Of a stretch of 64,000 nucleotides of DNA, positions 41,402 to 51,214 are shown one piece after another. The stretch is from Candidatus Bathyarchaeia archaeon. Lineage in GTDB: Archaea; Thermoproteota; Bathyarchaeia; Bathyarchaeales; Bathycorpusculaceae. The notes under the pieces were generated by a model that was not told the origin of the DNA, searched no databases, and saw only the letters and a list, made by a program, of their open reading frames with translations. The first letter of the stretch is position 1. Each line of letters opens with the position of its first letter. Location: positions 1-64,000 of the forward strand of contig JBEKSS010000012.1 in assembly GCA_049516875.1 (NCBI GenBank). Reading direction: 5' to 3'. Both the position numbers and the translations under genes were made by a program.

Positions 41402-42532
41402 TTAGCGTTTGATGTGGTACTTCTCTATCGTGTTTCTGGCTTTTTCCCTTTTCTTCTGGTGTTCAGCAAGAAATCTGTTGATTCGTTCTGTCAATTCCTT
41501 CTTGCATTCGCCGCACAATATTCCGCCAGTCCTGCATTGTTTCTCTCTTTCTGCAAGCTTCTTGTCGTCTTCTTCGAACAGGTAGAGGAAGTACTGGTAG
41601 ACCGAGCAGATATCTGGGTTCGCGCCTTCCTTTCTCTGTTCTGCTACAGTTCCTTTTCCGCCTGTGAAAGCGTTCCAGACTTTTCTCTTCACAACATCAG
41701 GTGGGTCAATGGTGAATATCGCTGTGTCCGGTTCTGAAGCGCTCATTTTTCCTCCTATTCCCAGCCCAGGTAAGAAGCGATTGTGAATTTGCGCTGGCTT
41801 GAAGTAGCCGAGTTTTGAAGCAATGTCGCGGGTGATTCGCCAGAAGGGATCTTGATCTATGGCCGCGGGGATTAGAGCCGGAACGTTTTCTCCTGTCAGT
41901 TTCTTATGTATGAAGCATGGAGCCGCCTGCACAGCCGGCCAGAAAACCCATCCGAGGTTCGTGCTCTCCTGAAATCCGAAAGTGGCTTTGGCCGTTGAGT
42001 AGGTTATTCGCTTGGCAACTTCCAACGCAATGTCGTAGAGCAGGTCAATGTCTTGAACGTCGTAGATTATGAACGTGTTCTCCGGCTTAAAACCTAGCGC
42101 AACCAGGTCCAAGGCGTTATCGTAACCCATTTCTGTGGTTTCTGCAAGCTTGCGTTCATCATCTACGACGAATTTCTCGTCATCAGTCATCTGAAAATAA
42201 AGCCTAGTGTCAAACGCGTCCTGCAAATGTTTCGTAAAAATCCACGGAACAAGATGCCCTATGTGAACCGGACCCGATGGACCTCGGCCAGTGTACAACA
42301 CAAACTTGGTCCCTTTCTCATACAAGTCTAAGACAACATCCAAGTCACGGTGGGAAAAGAACAGTTCTCTCCGCAGTTGGAAATGAACCCCACCCGTGTA
42401 TTTTGCCAGTCTCCGCAACAATTCGTTGGTCAAAGGCTGAGTTCCGAACTCACGTATCAAACGCTCATAGTCGACTTTTCCCCGAACTTCCCACGGAGTG
42501 ACGATCATCTCGTTTTTTTCTTCATCAGTCAA
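41402..42532 (-). CDS. trpS: Tryptophan-tRNA ligase
   Basis: TPW, YTGRGPS..HIGH, IDQDP, KMSAS. Confidence 0.98.
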   Translation of the reverse strand: MTDEEKNEMIVTPWEVRGKVDYERLIREFGTQPLTNELLRRLAKYTGGVHFQLRRELFFSHRDLDVVLDLYEKGTKFVLYTGRGPSGPVHIGHLVPWIFTKHLQDAFDTRLYFQMTDDEKFVVDDERKLAETTEMGYDNALDLVALGFKPENTFIIYDVQDIDLLYDIALEVAKRITYSTAKATFGFQESTNLGWVFWPAVQAAPCFIHKKLTGENVPALIPAAIDQDPFWRITRDIASKLGYFKPAQIHNRFLPGLGIGGKMSASEPDTAIFTIDPPDVVKRKVWNAFTGGKGTVAEQRKEGANPDICSVYQYFLYLFEEDDKKLAEREKQCRTGGILCGECKKELTERINRFLAEHQKKREKARNTIEKYHIKR

Positions 42533-42880
42533 ACCTAAACCGCCTAGTCAGTCATGGCTCCCTATACAATTCAACGAAAGCATATTAAATCTTGTGCGCA
42601 CATGCGCTTCTCAAAAGGCACATTCGCGCCATACATCAACGCCATACATCAAACAAGACAGCCATCACAATTGCAGTCTGCTGTTCGTGGAACAGAACAA
42701 GATATAAATACAGTTTCCACGTTTTTGATTGCGGAAGGTCAAGTGATGCCCTGCCAATTTACCTAGAATGTCAAGCTCTTTCTGCCCAAAAGTTATCGGA
42801 GAACACGCATACTTTTATTGAAACACCAACAACTACATTACGAAAAGTCCAGTCTATCATGTTTGTGAAGGGGAAACATC

Positions 42881-44392
42881 ATGGTTGAATTGAGGGAAAA
42901 CGAACGTCGAACGCTTTCAACGCTGGACACACTCGGCGGAGACGCGACCGCAGAGCGACTCATGAAGGAGAGCGGATTGTCGGACGCAGCAATAATGCGT
43001 GCCGCCATCACTTTGCAAGAAAAGGGATTTGTGAAAATTCACGAACAGAAAGAGTCTCTTCTAAAGCTCAATGCAGAAGGGAGACTTCACGCAAGAAAAG
43101 GCCTGCCGGAACGGCGCCTCATAAACGCTCTGGAAAGTCTCGGCGGAAAGGCTCCACGCCAAAGCGCCTTTGAAAAAGCAGGCTTGGAAAAGCAATTTAT
43201 TCCCATAGCGCTCGGCTGGGCCCAGAGAAAAAAATGGACAACACTGGACACGAGAGCAGACACGTTGCAGTCAATCATGAAGCCTGAAGCAGGCAACGAT
43301 GAAAGATTGCTGCAACTCCTGAACACAGAAGAAAAGGCGACAGTTGAAAAACTGAACCCTGAACTTCAAGAAACGGTGCAAGTCCTCAAAGGCAGAAAAC
43401 TCCTTGACGTAGAAGTAAGGACAAAACGCATCATTGAGTTGACACCTGCCGGCAGGGAAACATTGAAAAAAGGAACAAAGGAAACACCTGAACTAACCCA
43501 GTTGACGCAGGAACTTATTGTCAGCGGAAAATGGAAGAGGGCGAAGCTTCAAAAATACAACATAGAAGCACCAGTGGCCAGGACTTGGCCAGGCAAGAAG
43601 CATCCCTACCTGCAATTCCTCGAAGAAGTAAGAGATAAGCTTGTCACTTTAGGGTTCAAGGAGATGGTTGGCACTGCTGTTGAAACGTCCTTCTTCAACT
43701 TCGACGCCCTTTACACGCCTCAAGATCACCCAGCTCGCGAAGCATCAGGCATATACTTTGTCAAGTCGCCAAAGGAAGGGAGCATAAACGCTCCAAAGAA
43801 AATCCTTGCCAACGTGAGGGAGACTCATGAAAACGGCTGGAAAACAGGCTCCACGGGCTGGAAGTACAAGTACTCTTTGAACGAGGCCAAGCGCTTGATT
43901 CTGCGAGGACACGGAACGTGCCTCAGCGCCAGAACGCTGTTGAGCAAGGACCTGCAGGTTCCGAGCAGATACTTCTCAATCGTTCGATGCTACAGGCCGG
44001 AGATAGTGGACAAGACGCATCTGACAGAGTTCAATCAGGTTGAAGGCATAATCATCGACAAGGATCTGACATTGCGCGATTTGCTGGGTGTGCTTGGAAA
44101 ATTCGCCACTGAAATGGCTGGTGCGGACAAGGTCAAATTCAGGCCGGACTACTTTCCCTTCACCGAGCCAAGTGTCGAACTGGCAGCATACAGGAAGGGT
44201 TACGGGTGGATAGAGTTTGGCGGTTCGGGAATCTTCAGACCTGAGGTTACAATGCCCTTTGGCATTAAGGAACCCGTTATCGCCTGGGGTTTAGGCATTG
44301 ACCGTCTGTTCATGATGAGGGCCAGGATAGAGGAGATACGTTACATTTTCACTCAAGACTTGGACTGGATAAGGAAGAAAGCGGTGGTCTAG
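42881..44392 (+). CDS. pheS: Phenylalanine-tRNA ligase alpha subunit
   Basis: FNFDAL..PQDHPAR, FPFTEPS, AWGLGIDR. Confidence 0.98.
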   Translation: MVELRENERRTLSTLDTLGGDATAERLMKESGLSDAAIMRAAITLQEKGFVKIHEQKESLLKLNAEGRLHARKGLPERRLINALESLGGKAPRQSAFEKAGLEKQFIPIALGWAQRKKWTTLDTRADTLQSIMKPEAGNDERLLQLLNTEEKATVEKLNPELQETVQVLKGRKLLDVEVRTKRIIELTPAGRETLKKGTKETPELTQLTQELIVSGKWKRAKLQKYNIEAPVARTWPGKKHPYLQFLEEVRDKLVTLGFKEMVGTAVETSFFNFDALYTPQDHPAREASGIYFVKSPKEGSINAPKKILANVRETHENGWKTGSTGWKYKYSLNEAKRLILRGHGTCLSARTLLSKDLQVPSRYFSIVRCYRPEIVDKTHLTEFNQVEGIIIDKDLTLRDLLGVLGKFATEMAGADKVKFRPDYFPFTEPSVELAAYRKGYGWIEFGGSGIFRPEVTMPFGIKEPVIAWGLGIDRLFMMRARIEEIRYIFTQDLDWIRKKAVV

Positions 44393-46090
44393 ATGCCGAC
44401 AATAGACATAGACTATGCAGAGTTTGAAAAACTGCTTGGAATCGAATTGCACAAAGACTTGGACAAAATCAATGACGTACTGGCTTTTGTCAAGGGAGAA
44501 GCGAAGCTCTTCGACGAAAAAGAAGGCACGATGAGCGTTGAAATAAAGGACACGAATCGGCCGGACATCTGGAACGTTGAGGGCTTGGTCAGAGCTTTGC
44601 GAGGGTTCCTAGGCATTCAAGAAGGCTTAAAGGAGTACACGGTTGGCAAGAAGTCAGGCGAGGTTCACGTTGGCCAAAGACTGGAAAACATACGTCCTTA
44701 CATCGGCTGTTCAATAGTCAAGAATCTGAAGTTGACGGACAGCATAATTCGCGGCTTCATGCACATGCAGGACAAGCTTGATCAGACTTACGGAAGAAAC
44801 AGACGACGAACATCAATTGGACTTTACAACCTAGACTTGATCAAACTGCCACTGCAGTACACCGTCGCAAAGCCAAACGAAGTCAGCTTCGTGCCACTAG
44901 GCTTCACAGAAGAGATGAGTCTAAAAGAAATACTCGCTCGTCATCCGAGGGGTCTTGAGTACGGGCACATAGTGCGCAAACACCAGGTATACCCCATTCT
45001 TCTAGATGCAGAGGATAAGCCTCTCTCGTTCCCGCCAATAATCAACTCGAACGATCTCGGAAGAGTTACAGAGGATACAAAGAACATTCTCGTCGAAGTT
45101 ACTGGGACAATGGATGAAGCTGTGCTCAATACCCTGAAAATCGTCACTCTGTCCCTAATCGACCGTGGAGGCGAAGCCTACGCCGCCAAAATCCACTATC
45201 CGCACAGGCACGTGGATACAATGACGCCCAATTTCGACACCAGCAAGATGGATCTGAATGTTGCCTATACTAACAGGGTGCTAGGTTTGCAGCTTAAGCC
45301 CAAACAGATTGCACAAATGCTTCGCAGGGCAGGTCATGGTACTGAAGAAACGAAGAAAAACGAAGTGCACGTGCAGATTCCCTGTTACAGAATCGACGTC
45401 ATGCATCCCATAGACCTCGTCGAAGACGTAGCAATAGCCTACGATTACAACAACATCAAACCATTGTGGCGTGAAATGCCCACAACCGGCCGAGTAAGGC
45501 CTGAACAAGGATTAATTGATGTTGCGAGAGAGCTGATGGTTGGACTTGGATTTCAAGAGGTGCTAAGCTACACTCTTACGAACCCTGAAAACCTGTTCAA
45601 AAAAATGAACTGCAAGAAAGAGAGAATAGTTGAGGTATCCAACCCTAAAGTCATAACGCTAACTTGCCTGAGAAACTGGCTGTTACCAAGCCTCATTGAA
45701 TTTGTAAGCAACAACCTGCATGTTGAATGCCCACAGAAACTCTTCGAACTCGGCAAAGTCACCCTTCTAGATGAGAAGAAGGAAACGAGAACTAGGGACG
45801 AAGATAGGCTTGCCGCAATCATCTACGATGCAAACGCCAGCTTCACCCAAGCAAAATCAACCCTGGAAGCCTTCATGATGAACTTCGGGTTGGAATGGCA
45901 AATAAAAGAAACAGAACATCCAAGCTTCATAAACGGCAGAGCAGGCAAGGCAATCGTTAAAGGAACAGAAGTTGGAATCCTAGGCGAAATCAACCCAAAA
46001 GTCTTGGAAACATGGAAACTGGAAAACCCCGCAGCGGCTTTCGAGCTAGACGTTGAAAAGATGATCAAGATCAAGCAAAAAGAACAGTAA
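44393..46090 (+). CDS. pheT: Phenylalanine-tRNA ligase beta subunit
   Basis: MPTI, NRPD, SFPPIINS, R.DV.H..D..EDVAIAY. Confidence 0.98.
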   Translation: MPTIDIDYAEFEKLLGIELHKDLDKINDVLAFVKGEAKLFDEKEGTMSVEIKDTNRPDIWNVEGLVRALRGFLGIQEGLKEYTVGKKSGEVHVGQRLENIRPYIGCSIVKNLKLTDSIIRGFMHMQDKLDQTYGRNRRRTSIGLYNLDLIKLPLQYTVAKPNEVSFVPLGFTEEMSLKEILARHPRGLEYGHIVRKHQVYPILLDAEDKPLSFPPIINSNDLGRVTEDTKNILVEVTGTMDEAVLNTLKIVTLSLIDRGGEAYAAKIHYPHRHVDTMTPNFDTSKMDLNVAYTNRVLGLQLKPKQIAQMLRRAGHGTEETKKNEVHVQIPCYRIDVMHPIDLVEDVAIAYDYNNIKPLWREMPTTGRVRPEQGLIDVARELMVGLGFQEVLSYTLTNPENLFKKMNCKKERIVEVSNPKVITLTCLRNWLLPSLIEFVSNNLHVECPQKLFELGKVTLLDEKKETRTRDEDRLAAIIYDANASFTQAKSTLEAFMMNFGLEWQIKETEHPSFINGRAGKAIVKGTEVGILGEINPKVLETWKLENPAAAFELDVEKMIKIKQKEQ

Positions 46091-46150
46091 TGTTGCTCTT
46101 TCGAAACTCACATTTCTCCGGTGTTTGAAACAAGACGTATCTTAGCGTCT

Positions 46151-46738
46151 TCAGAGTACGTATCTCATCACAGGCCGAGTTTTTGACCGGCGAGCGACCT
46201 CCACAAACCCAGCCTTGCGGAAAGCTGAGACGAGGCCAGTGTAGACGAAAGGATCTGGAGGTGTCCAATCTTTCTTGGGTTCAACTGGATATCCTTCAAC
46301 GATATCGCCACCTTGTTTTTTCACATAATCAACAGCCGCGGTCAACAGTCTCACGCTCATTCCCTTTCGTCTGAATGGTTTTGCAACAAAGAAGCACACA
46401 ACTGACCATGCAGGCTTATTATCAATCCGGCTGAGTATCTTGGACCGCTCCAATCTTGGGAAAGTCTCTCGTAGCGCAACGGCACACCATCCTATCGGCT
46501 GGCCTTCTGCATAGGCGAGGATTCCGGGAACCTTGTCGGAATCCACCAGGTTTTTCAAAGCTTTCCTGTTCATTTCACCTCGCTGCCGCATGAAATCTGA
46601 GCGGGCTAATCTCCAATACATGCACCAACAACCTCCACATGCCCCGCGCTGACCGAACAACTTCTCAAGATCAACCCATCTCTCTTGTGTCAACGGATGA
46701 AACTCCAGACCTGAAACCTCTCTTTCCTTTGATAACAC
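46151..46738 (-). CDS. GNAT family acetyltransferase
   Basis: CGGCWCM.WR, W.V.CFFV...R..G, VEGYP; GTG at 46738 inferred. Confidence 0.9.
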   Translation of the reverse strand: MLSKEREVSGLEFHPLTQERWVDLEKLFGQRGACGGCWCMYWRLARSDFMRQRGEMNRKALKNLVDSDKVPGILAYAEGQPIGWCAVALRETFPRLERSKILSRIDNKPAWSVVCFFVAKPFRRKGMSVRLLTAAVDYVKKQGGDIVEGYPVEPKKDWTPPDPFVYTGLVSAFRKAGFVEVARRSKTRPVMRYVL

Positions 46739-46903
46739 TTTATATCCCCAATTGCCCGTTAGATGCTGAATCATTTGAGACTAATGAATCACACATTCCA
46801 GTTTTTATGGCTTATGCAGGAGCTCGGGACCCTATCTGTTTAGACAAATCATGCAAGAATGAGGTTATCTCCCGCAAATCCCTTTTTTTACTGTTTGGAG
46901 AGT

Positions 46904-49687
46904 TTAGAGATCCGTGCGCGACGCACGCGATAGTTTACGTGTCAGCATTTTTCTTAGCTCCTCCAGCAGAAGAGCCGCGGGGGCTAGCAGAAGAAGGAAG
47001 AGTAGGTCCAACGGAAGTAGTGGGGCTGTGCCGAACAACGGCTGAAGGAACGGTACGTATACGATCGTTGCCATTATAGCGAATTGACCCAGTATCCCTA
47101 GGAAAATCCATCTGTTTCTGAACGGACTTAGCCGAAATGCTGATAGTGAACTCGTTCGTGCGGAAAAGAGGTTCCCAAGCTGACCCATCATTATCCCTGC
47201 CATGACTATCGTCGTACCTCTCGCATATACCATGGCATCGCTCACGGTGCTCTGGCCCAAAACCCATCCTCCAATCCCCCAAACGTGGAAGGCCCAGCAG
47301 ATCGCACCAGCCGATACAGCCACGCCTACATAGAGGCCTTTGAGTAATGTCGAAACATTGATCAGTCTGGTGCCAGTCTTTCTGGGGGGCTTCATCATAA
47401 CGTCGGGCTCGGGAGGCTCCATTATCAGGGCAAGGGAAGGAAGGACGTCCATCCCCAGGTCTATCGCGAGCACCTGGATAACAAGCAGCGGAAGCGGGGT
47501 CTGGAGTAGTACAAAGACGACGAACGCGACTAGTTCAGCCCAGTTATGCGTGTAGACATAGTAAACGAATTTCCTTAGGTTGTCAAAAGTTGATCTTCCC
47601 AGCTTGACCCCTTCGATAATCGATGTGAAATCATTGTCCAGAAGCACCATATCAGCGGATTCTCGTGCCACATCGGTTCCACCTGCCCCCATGGCTATGC
47701 CCACATTTGCTTCAGTAAGCGCGGGGGAGTCATTCACGCCATCCCCAGTCACTGCCACTACTTCACCCATGGATTTCAGGATGTGAACTATCCTTAGCTT
47801 CTGTTCTGGCGCTATCCTCGCAAACACGGACTCGCCTCTGACGAGGATGTCTGTTAGGTCTTTGTCACTCATCTGGCCTAGTTCTTTTCCAGTGTAGACT
47901 TCCTGATCCTCTGACGTTATGATGCCCACTTTTTTTGCTATGGAATATGCAGTAAGTTCGTGATCTCCCGTCAGCATAATGACTCGAATGCCCGCGCTCT
48001 TGGCTTCCTGAACAGCAGCCTCTACCTTTGGTCTCGGCGGATCGAGTAACGCTGCCAAACCCAGAAAGGTCATGTTTTCTTCGACACCTTGGGATAGATT
48101 TTCAGGTTCGTTTGGGAGAGCTCTTGTTGCCATTGCGAGAACTCGAAAGCCTTCTGAAGCAAAATCATTCATTTGTTTTGTTACGGCTTTTTTGATCTCG
48201 TCTGTGAGAAGGATGCATTTTTTGTCATAGAAAACATTAGTGCATCGTCTAAGCACTTCCAAGCCGGCTCCCTTGGTAAAAGCGGTTATCTTTCCCTCTG
48301 GACCCCTGTGAACACTCGTCATCATTCGCCTCTTAGAATCAAATGGAATCAGGCCAATTCTCTGATTTCCCGCGAGAGCTTTACTGACGTTGAAATCCCC
48401 CTTTCCAGCGAAGACGAGAAACGCCCCATCAGTGGGATCTCCCAAAACCGTCCATCTGCCAATTCTGTCCGACGGTGGGTTCAGTTTGGCATTGTTGCAG
48501 AAAGCACCAACCTCCAAAAGCTTAGAGACGGCGGGGTCCTCACTACGACCGATTCTTCTGCCATTGAAGGTGATATGGCCATCTGGACTGTATCCGTCAC
48601 CAGTGACTTCAAAAATCTCGTCTGCAGCCCAAAGTTTCTTCACCATCATCTCTCCACTCGTAATCGTGCCCGTCTTGTCCACACATAACACAGTCATTGA
48701 CCCAGCCGTTTCAACAGAGGAAAGTCGTTTTACGACAACATTTCTCTCAGCCATCCTACGAGCAGTCAGAGCTAGCGAAAGAGAGACAGTCAGCTGGAAG
48801 CCCTCTGGTACTAGACATATCATCACGCCAATTGCGAATAGTATACTCGTGGCGAGGTTCAGTTTAACAAACAACAAAGCTGCCGAAAAGAAGATTAGAC
48901 TCACACCAATCGCCAACAGGAAATTCAGTCTAGCGGTGTAGTCAATATCCCTCTCAAGTGGGCTCATAGGTTCATGCACTTCGCCGGATAAGGAAACAAT
49001 TCTCCCGAACTCTGTATCCTTTGCTGTTGACAACACAACACCTCTGGCGACTCCTGAAACCAGAGTGGTTCCAGCAAAGAGAATGTTGTGCACATCATAA
49101 GGAGTGTTTGTCTCCATCTCCGGAGACATCGTAGCAAATCGCCTTTGAGGGTCAGACTCTCCTGTCAATATCGAGTTGTCAACAGAAACCTCAAATGCAC
49201 TGATTAACCGCAGGTCAGCTGGCACTCTATCTCCCTCCTCGAAAGCCAAAATATCTCCAGGAACAACATCGGTCACGTCAATTTCCCTCATTTGACCGTC
49301 TCTGATGGCCTTCGTCTTGGTGGGGATTAGGCTTCTTATCACCTGCACAGCCTTCTCGGCCCTATACTCTTGAAAAAGGCTGAAGATTGTGTTTAAAACA
49401 ACTACGAAAAATATTGCAAGACCCATCTGAACTGAGGTTGGATCATTGGAGGTGAAGCCGCTTAGAAACGAGAGGAATGAAGCGACCAGCAGAAGGATGT
49501 TGAACATGTTCTTGAATTGTGAAATAATCTTCCTAGCCAAGCTGGTCTTCTTGCCCCTAGGAAGGACGTTCAAACCGGTCTTCAGAAGGCGGCGTTTCGC
49601 CTCTTCATCCGAAAGACCCTCAGGTCCAGTTTGAAGTTCTTTGAAGAGATCTTCGATCTTGGCTAGAGCAGCTCTCCCATACGACAT
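46904..49687 (-). CDS. Cation-transporting P-type ATPase (type II)
   Basis: TGES, VPEG, DKTGT, GDPTD, TGD, GDGVND. Confidence 0.95.
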   Translation of the reverse strand: MSYGRAALAKIEDLFKELQTGPEGLSDEEAKRRLLKTGLNVLPRGKKTSLARKIISQFKNMFNILLLVASFLSFLSGFTSNDPTSVQMGLAIFFVVVLNTIFSLFQEYRAEKAVQVIRSLIPTKTKAIRDGQMREIDVTDVVPGDILAFEEGDRVPADLRLISAFEVSVDNSILTGESDPQRRFATMSPEMETNTPYDVHNILFAGTTLVSGVARGVVLSTAKDTEFGRIVSLSGEVHEPMSPLERDIDYTARLNFLLAIGVSLIFFSAALLFVKLNLATSILFAIGVMICLVPEGFQLTVSLSLALTARRMAERNVVVKRLSSVETAGSMTVLCVDKTGTITSGEMMVKKLWAADEIFEVTGDGYSPDGHITFNGRRIGRSEDPAVSKLLEVGAFCNNAKLNPPSDRIGRWTVLGDPTDGAFLVFAGKGDFNVSKALAGNQRIGLIPFDSKRRMMTSVHRGPEGKITAFTKGAGLEVLRRCTNVFYDKKCILLTDEIKKAVTKQMNDFASEGFRVLAMATRALPNEPENLSQGVEENMTFLGLAALLDPPRPKVEAAVQEAKSAGIRVIMLTGDHELTAYSIAKKVGIITSEDQEVYTGKELGQMSDKDLTDILVRGESVFARIAPEQKLRIVHILKSMGEVVAVTGDGVNDSPALTEANVGIAMGAGGTDVARESADMVLLDNDFTSIIEGVKLGRSTFDNLRKFVYYVYTHNWAELVAFVVFVLLQTPLPLLVIQVLAIDLGMDVLPSLALIMEPPEPDVMMKPPRKTGTRLINVSTLLKGLYVGVAVSAGAICWAFHVWGIGGWVLGQSTVSDAMVYARGTTIVMAGIMMGQLGNLFSARTSSLSAFRLSPFRNRWIFLGILGQFAIMATIVYVPFLQPLFGTAPLLPLDLLFLLLLAPAALLLEELRKMLTRKLSRASRTDL

Positions 49688-49910
49688 AAAGTTACCTCTT
49701 AAGAAAGGTATTATTAGATTGGAGGGAGACCAAGGAGAGACATACGCTTAGCCTTATCACATTACTTTAGCCACAGCCATTCGCAAAAAGGGCTTATTAA
49801 TCTTTCCGAAGTGTACCCAAGAAAGAGGTCTAGTAAACTGAGTATTCAAAAACCCATAGGTTGCACGTGCGTGTGTGTACTCGGACCAGCCCTCGTATTA
49901 TTCAAGACCC

Positions 49911-49953
49911 TGGTGGGTTTAAACCCGAGACAAATGGAGACATCTCCCGAAAA
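49911..49953. repeat. Direct repeat copy 1: degenerate tRNA-like segment plus GACAAATGGAGACATCTCCCGAAAA
   Basis: 49929-49953 matches 50801-50825 at 24 of 25 nt. Confidence 0.85.
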
Positions 49954-50067
49954 ATCCCCCTTTTTCATAGCTTTAGAAATATAATGCATTACACGAGTGC
50001 ATTGAAAGAGATGTCTTCGGCAAGCTCTTCTTGCTTATTGCATAAGACCAATGGGCACTTTGCAGAT

Positions 50068-50616
50068 TCAAGAACGGATTTCTGTATCTTCTGTTGACTG
50101 CTTTTGACAGTAAGATCTGAATAGATTGTATCTCTGCAGGCGTGGCCAACCAGTCTTTGCGTAAATTAGTTTTTCTGGATTTCTCTTCAGCCAGTTCATC
50201 ATGTGGAAGAAGCTCTTTGCTTTTTTCTCGTCTCTCTCTTTTATAGGCTCATAACCCAAGTTTCTGATTTCGTCAAGGTATGCTATTTCCGTAAGCCTCT
50301 GCGGTTCGCCGGTGACTGTGATTCTGTCGATTTGATTGTCGCCATACATCTCTCTTAGACCTTTTACCGCTTCGTCGAAGATGTAGCCTCTGCAGATTTG
50401 AATTCGTTCGTCTTTCTTGAGTCCGAGTTTACTCAATAGTTGAAACACGACTGTCGAAGCCTGCTTCAGGTACTCTTTTGATCGGAATCGCGGGTATCTG
50501 AAGTATTTGACATCCAAGACGTCGTATCTAAATTCCTGAGTCTCGCAGCGATAGGCACCTATGACCACGCCAAAAAGCAGGTCGCCTATGCCAGCATCAT
50601 CGACGATTATTGTCAG
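50068..50616 (-). CDS. RNase H-fold (RNase HII-like) protein; probable CTG start
   Basis: Frame extends to (M)TIIVDDAGIGDLLFGVVIG, with an in-frame TAA immediately before the CTG. Confidence 0.7.
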   Translation of the reverse strand: MTIIVDDAGIGDLLFGVVIGAYRCETQEFRYDVLDVKYFRYPRFRSKEYLKQASTVVFQLLSKLGLKKDERIQICRGYIFDEAVKGLREMYGDNQIDRITVTGEPQRLTEIAYLDEIRNLGYEPIKERDEKKAKSFFHMMNWLKRNPEKLIYAKTGWPRLQRYNLFRSYCQKQSTEDTEIRS

Positions 50617-50774
50617 TTAACGCCATCCCCTTCTGTAAGAGATAAATGAACTATACACGCATCTATAAAAATGCCCCATATGTGTCTTATATCGTTTATT
50701 TCTCGGATTTCTTATCGCTCATACATGTGATGTCTATTCTCCCAAAAAGATCGGATTGTCCAGATGATGATGCA

Positions 50775-50825
50775 GTGGGATCGCTGGGATTTGAACTCAG
50801 GACAAATGGAGATATCTCCCGAAAA
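50775..50825. repeat. Direct repeat copy 2: tRNA 3'-end-like fragment (minus strand) plus GACAAATGGAGATATCTCCCGAAAA
   Basis: Reverse complement of 50775-50802 is TCCTGAGTTCAAATCCCAGCGATCCCAC (T-arm and acceptor-like). Confidence 0.8.
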
Positions 50826-51214
50826 CTCGCTTTAGACTCGACATTTTAGATATCTCCGATATACCATGAGCAACCAGACGCTTAGAAACAATATGCCGAA
50901 AGTGTAGCACAAGAATACAACTGGAAACGATAGTGCAAAAAGTTAAGGTGTGGGAGATTTCTCCAGCACAATCCCTTTTTTCTCTTCGTTTTTGCCCTTT
51001 TTGAGTTTTCTTCTGAGAATCAACGGGTCAAACATACTTTACAAAGACGCAGAGAACAATCTTCCACTATGAATTTCAGCAACTTTGTAAAGAAGAACTG
51101 GTTAGGCTTGCAGATTAGAGTGCGTCAATAGGCAATGCACCAAAACCAATAGAAGATTTCTCCATAAGCTTTATCCTGTTCGTTGAACTAAACTGCAGCA
51201 GGAGAAGGGAGAAT

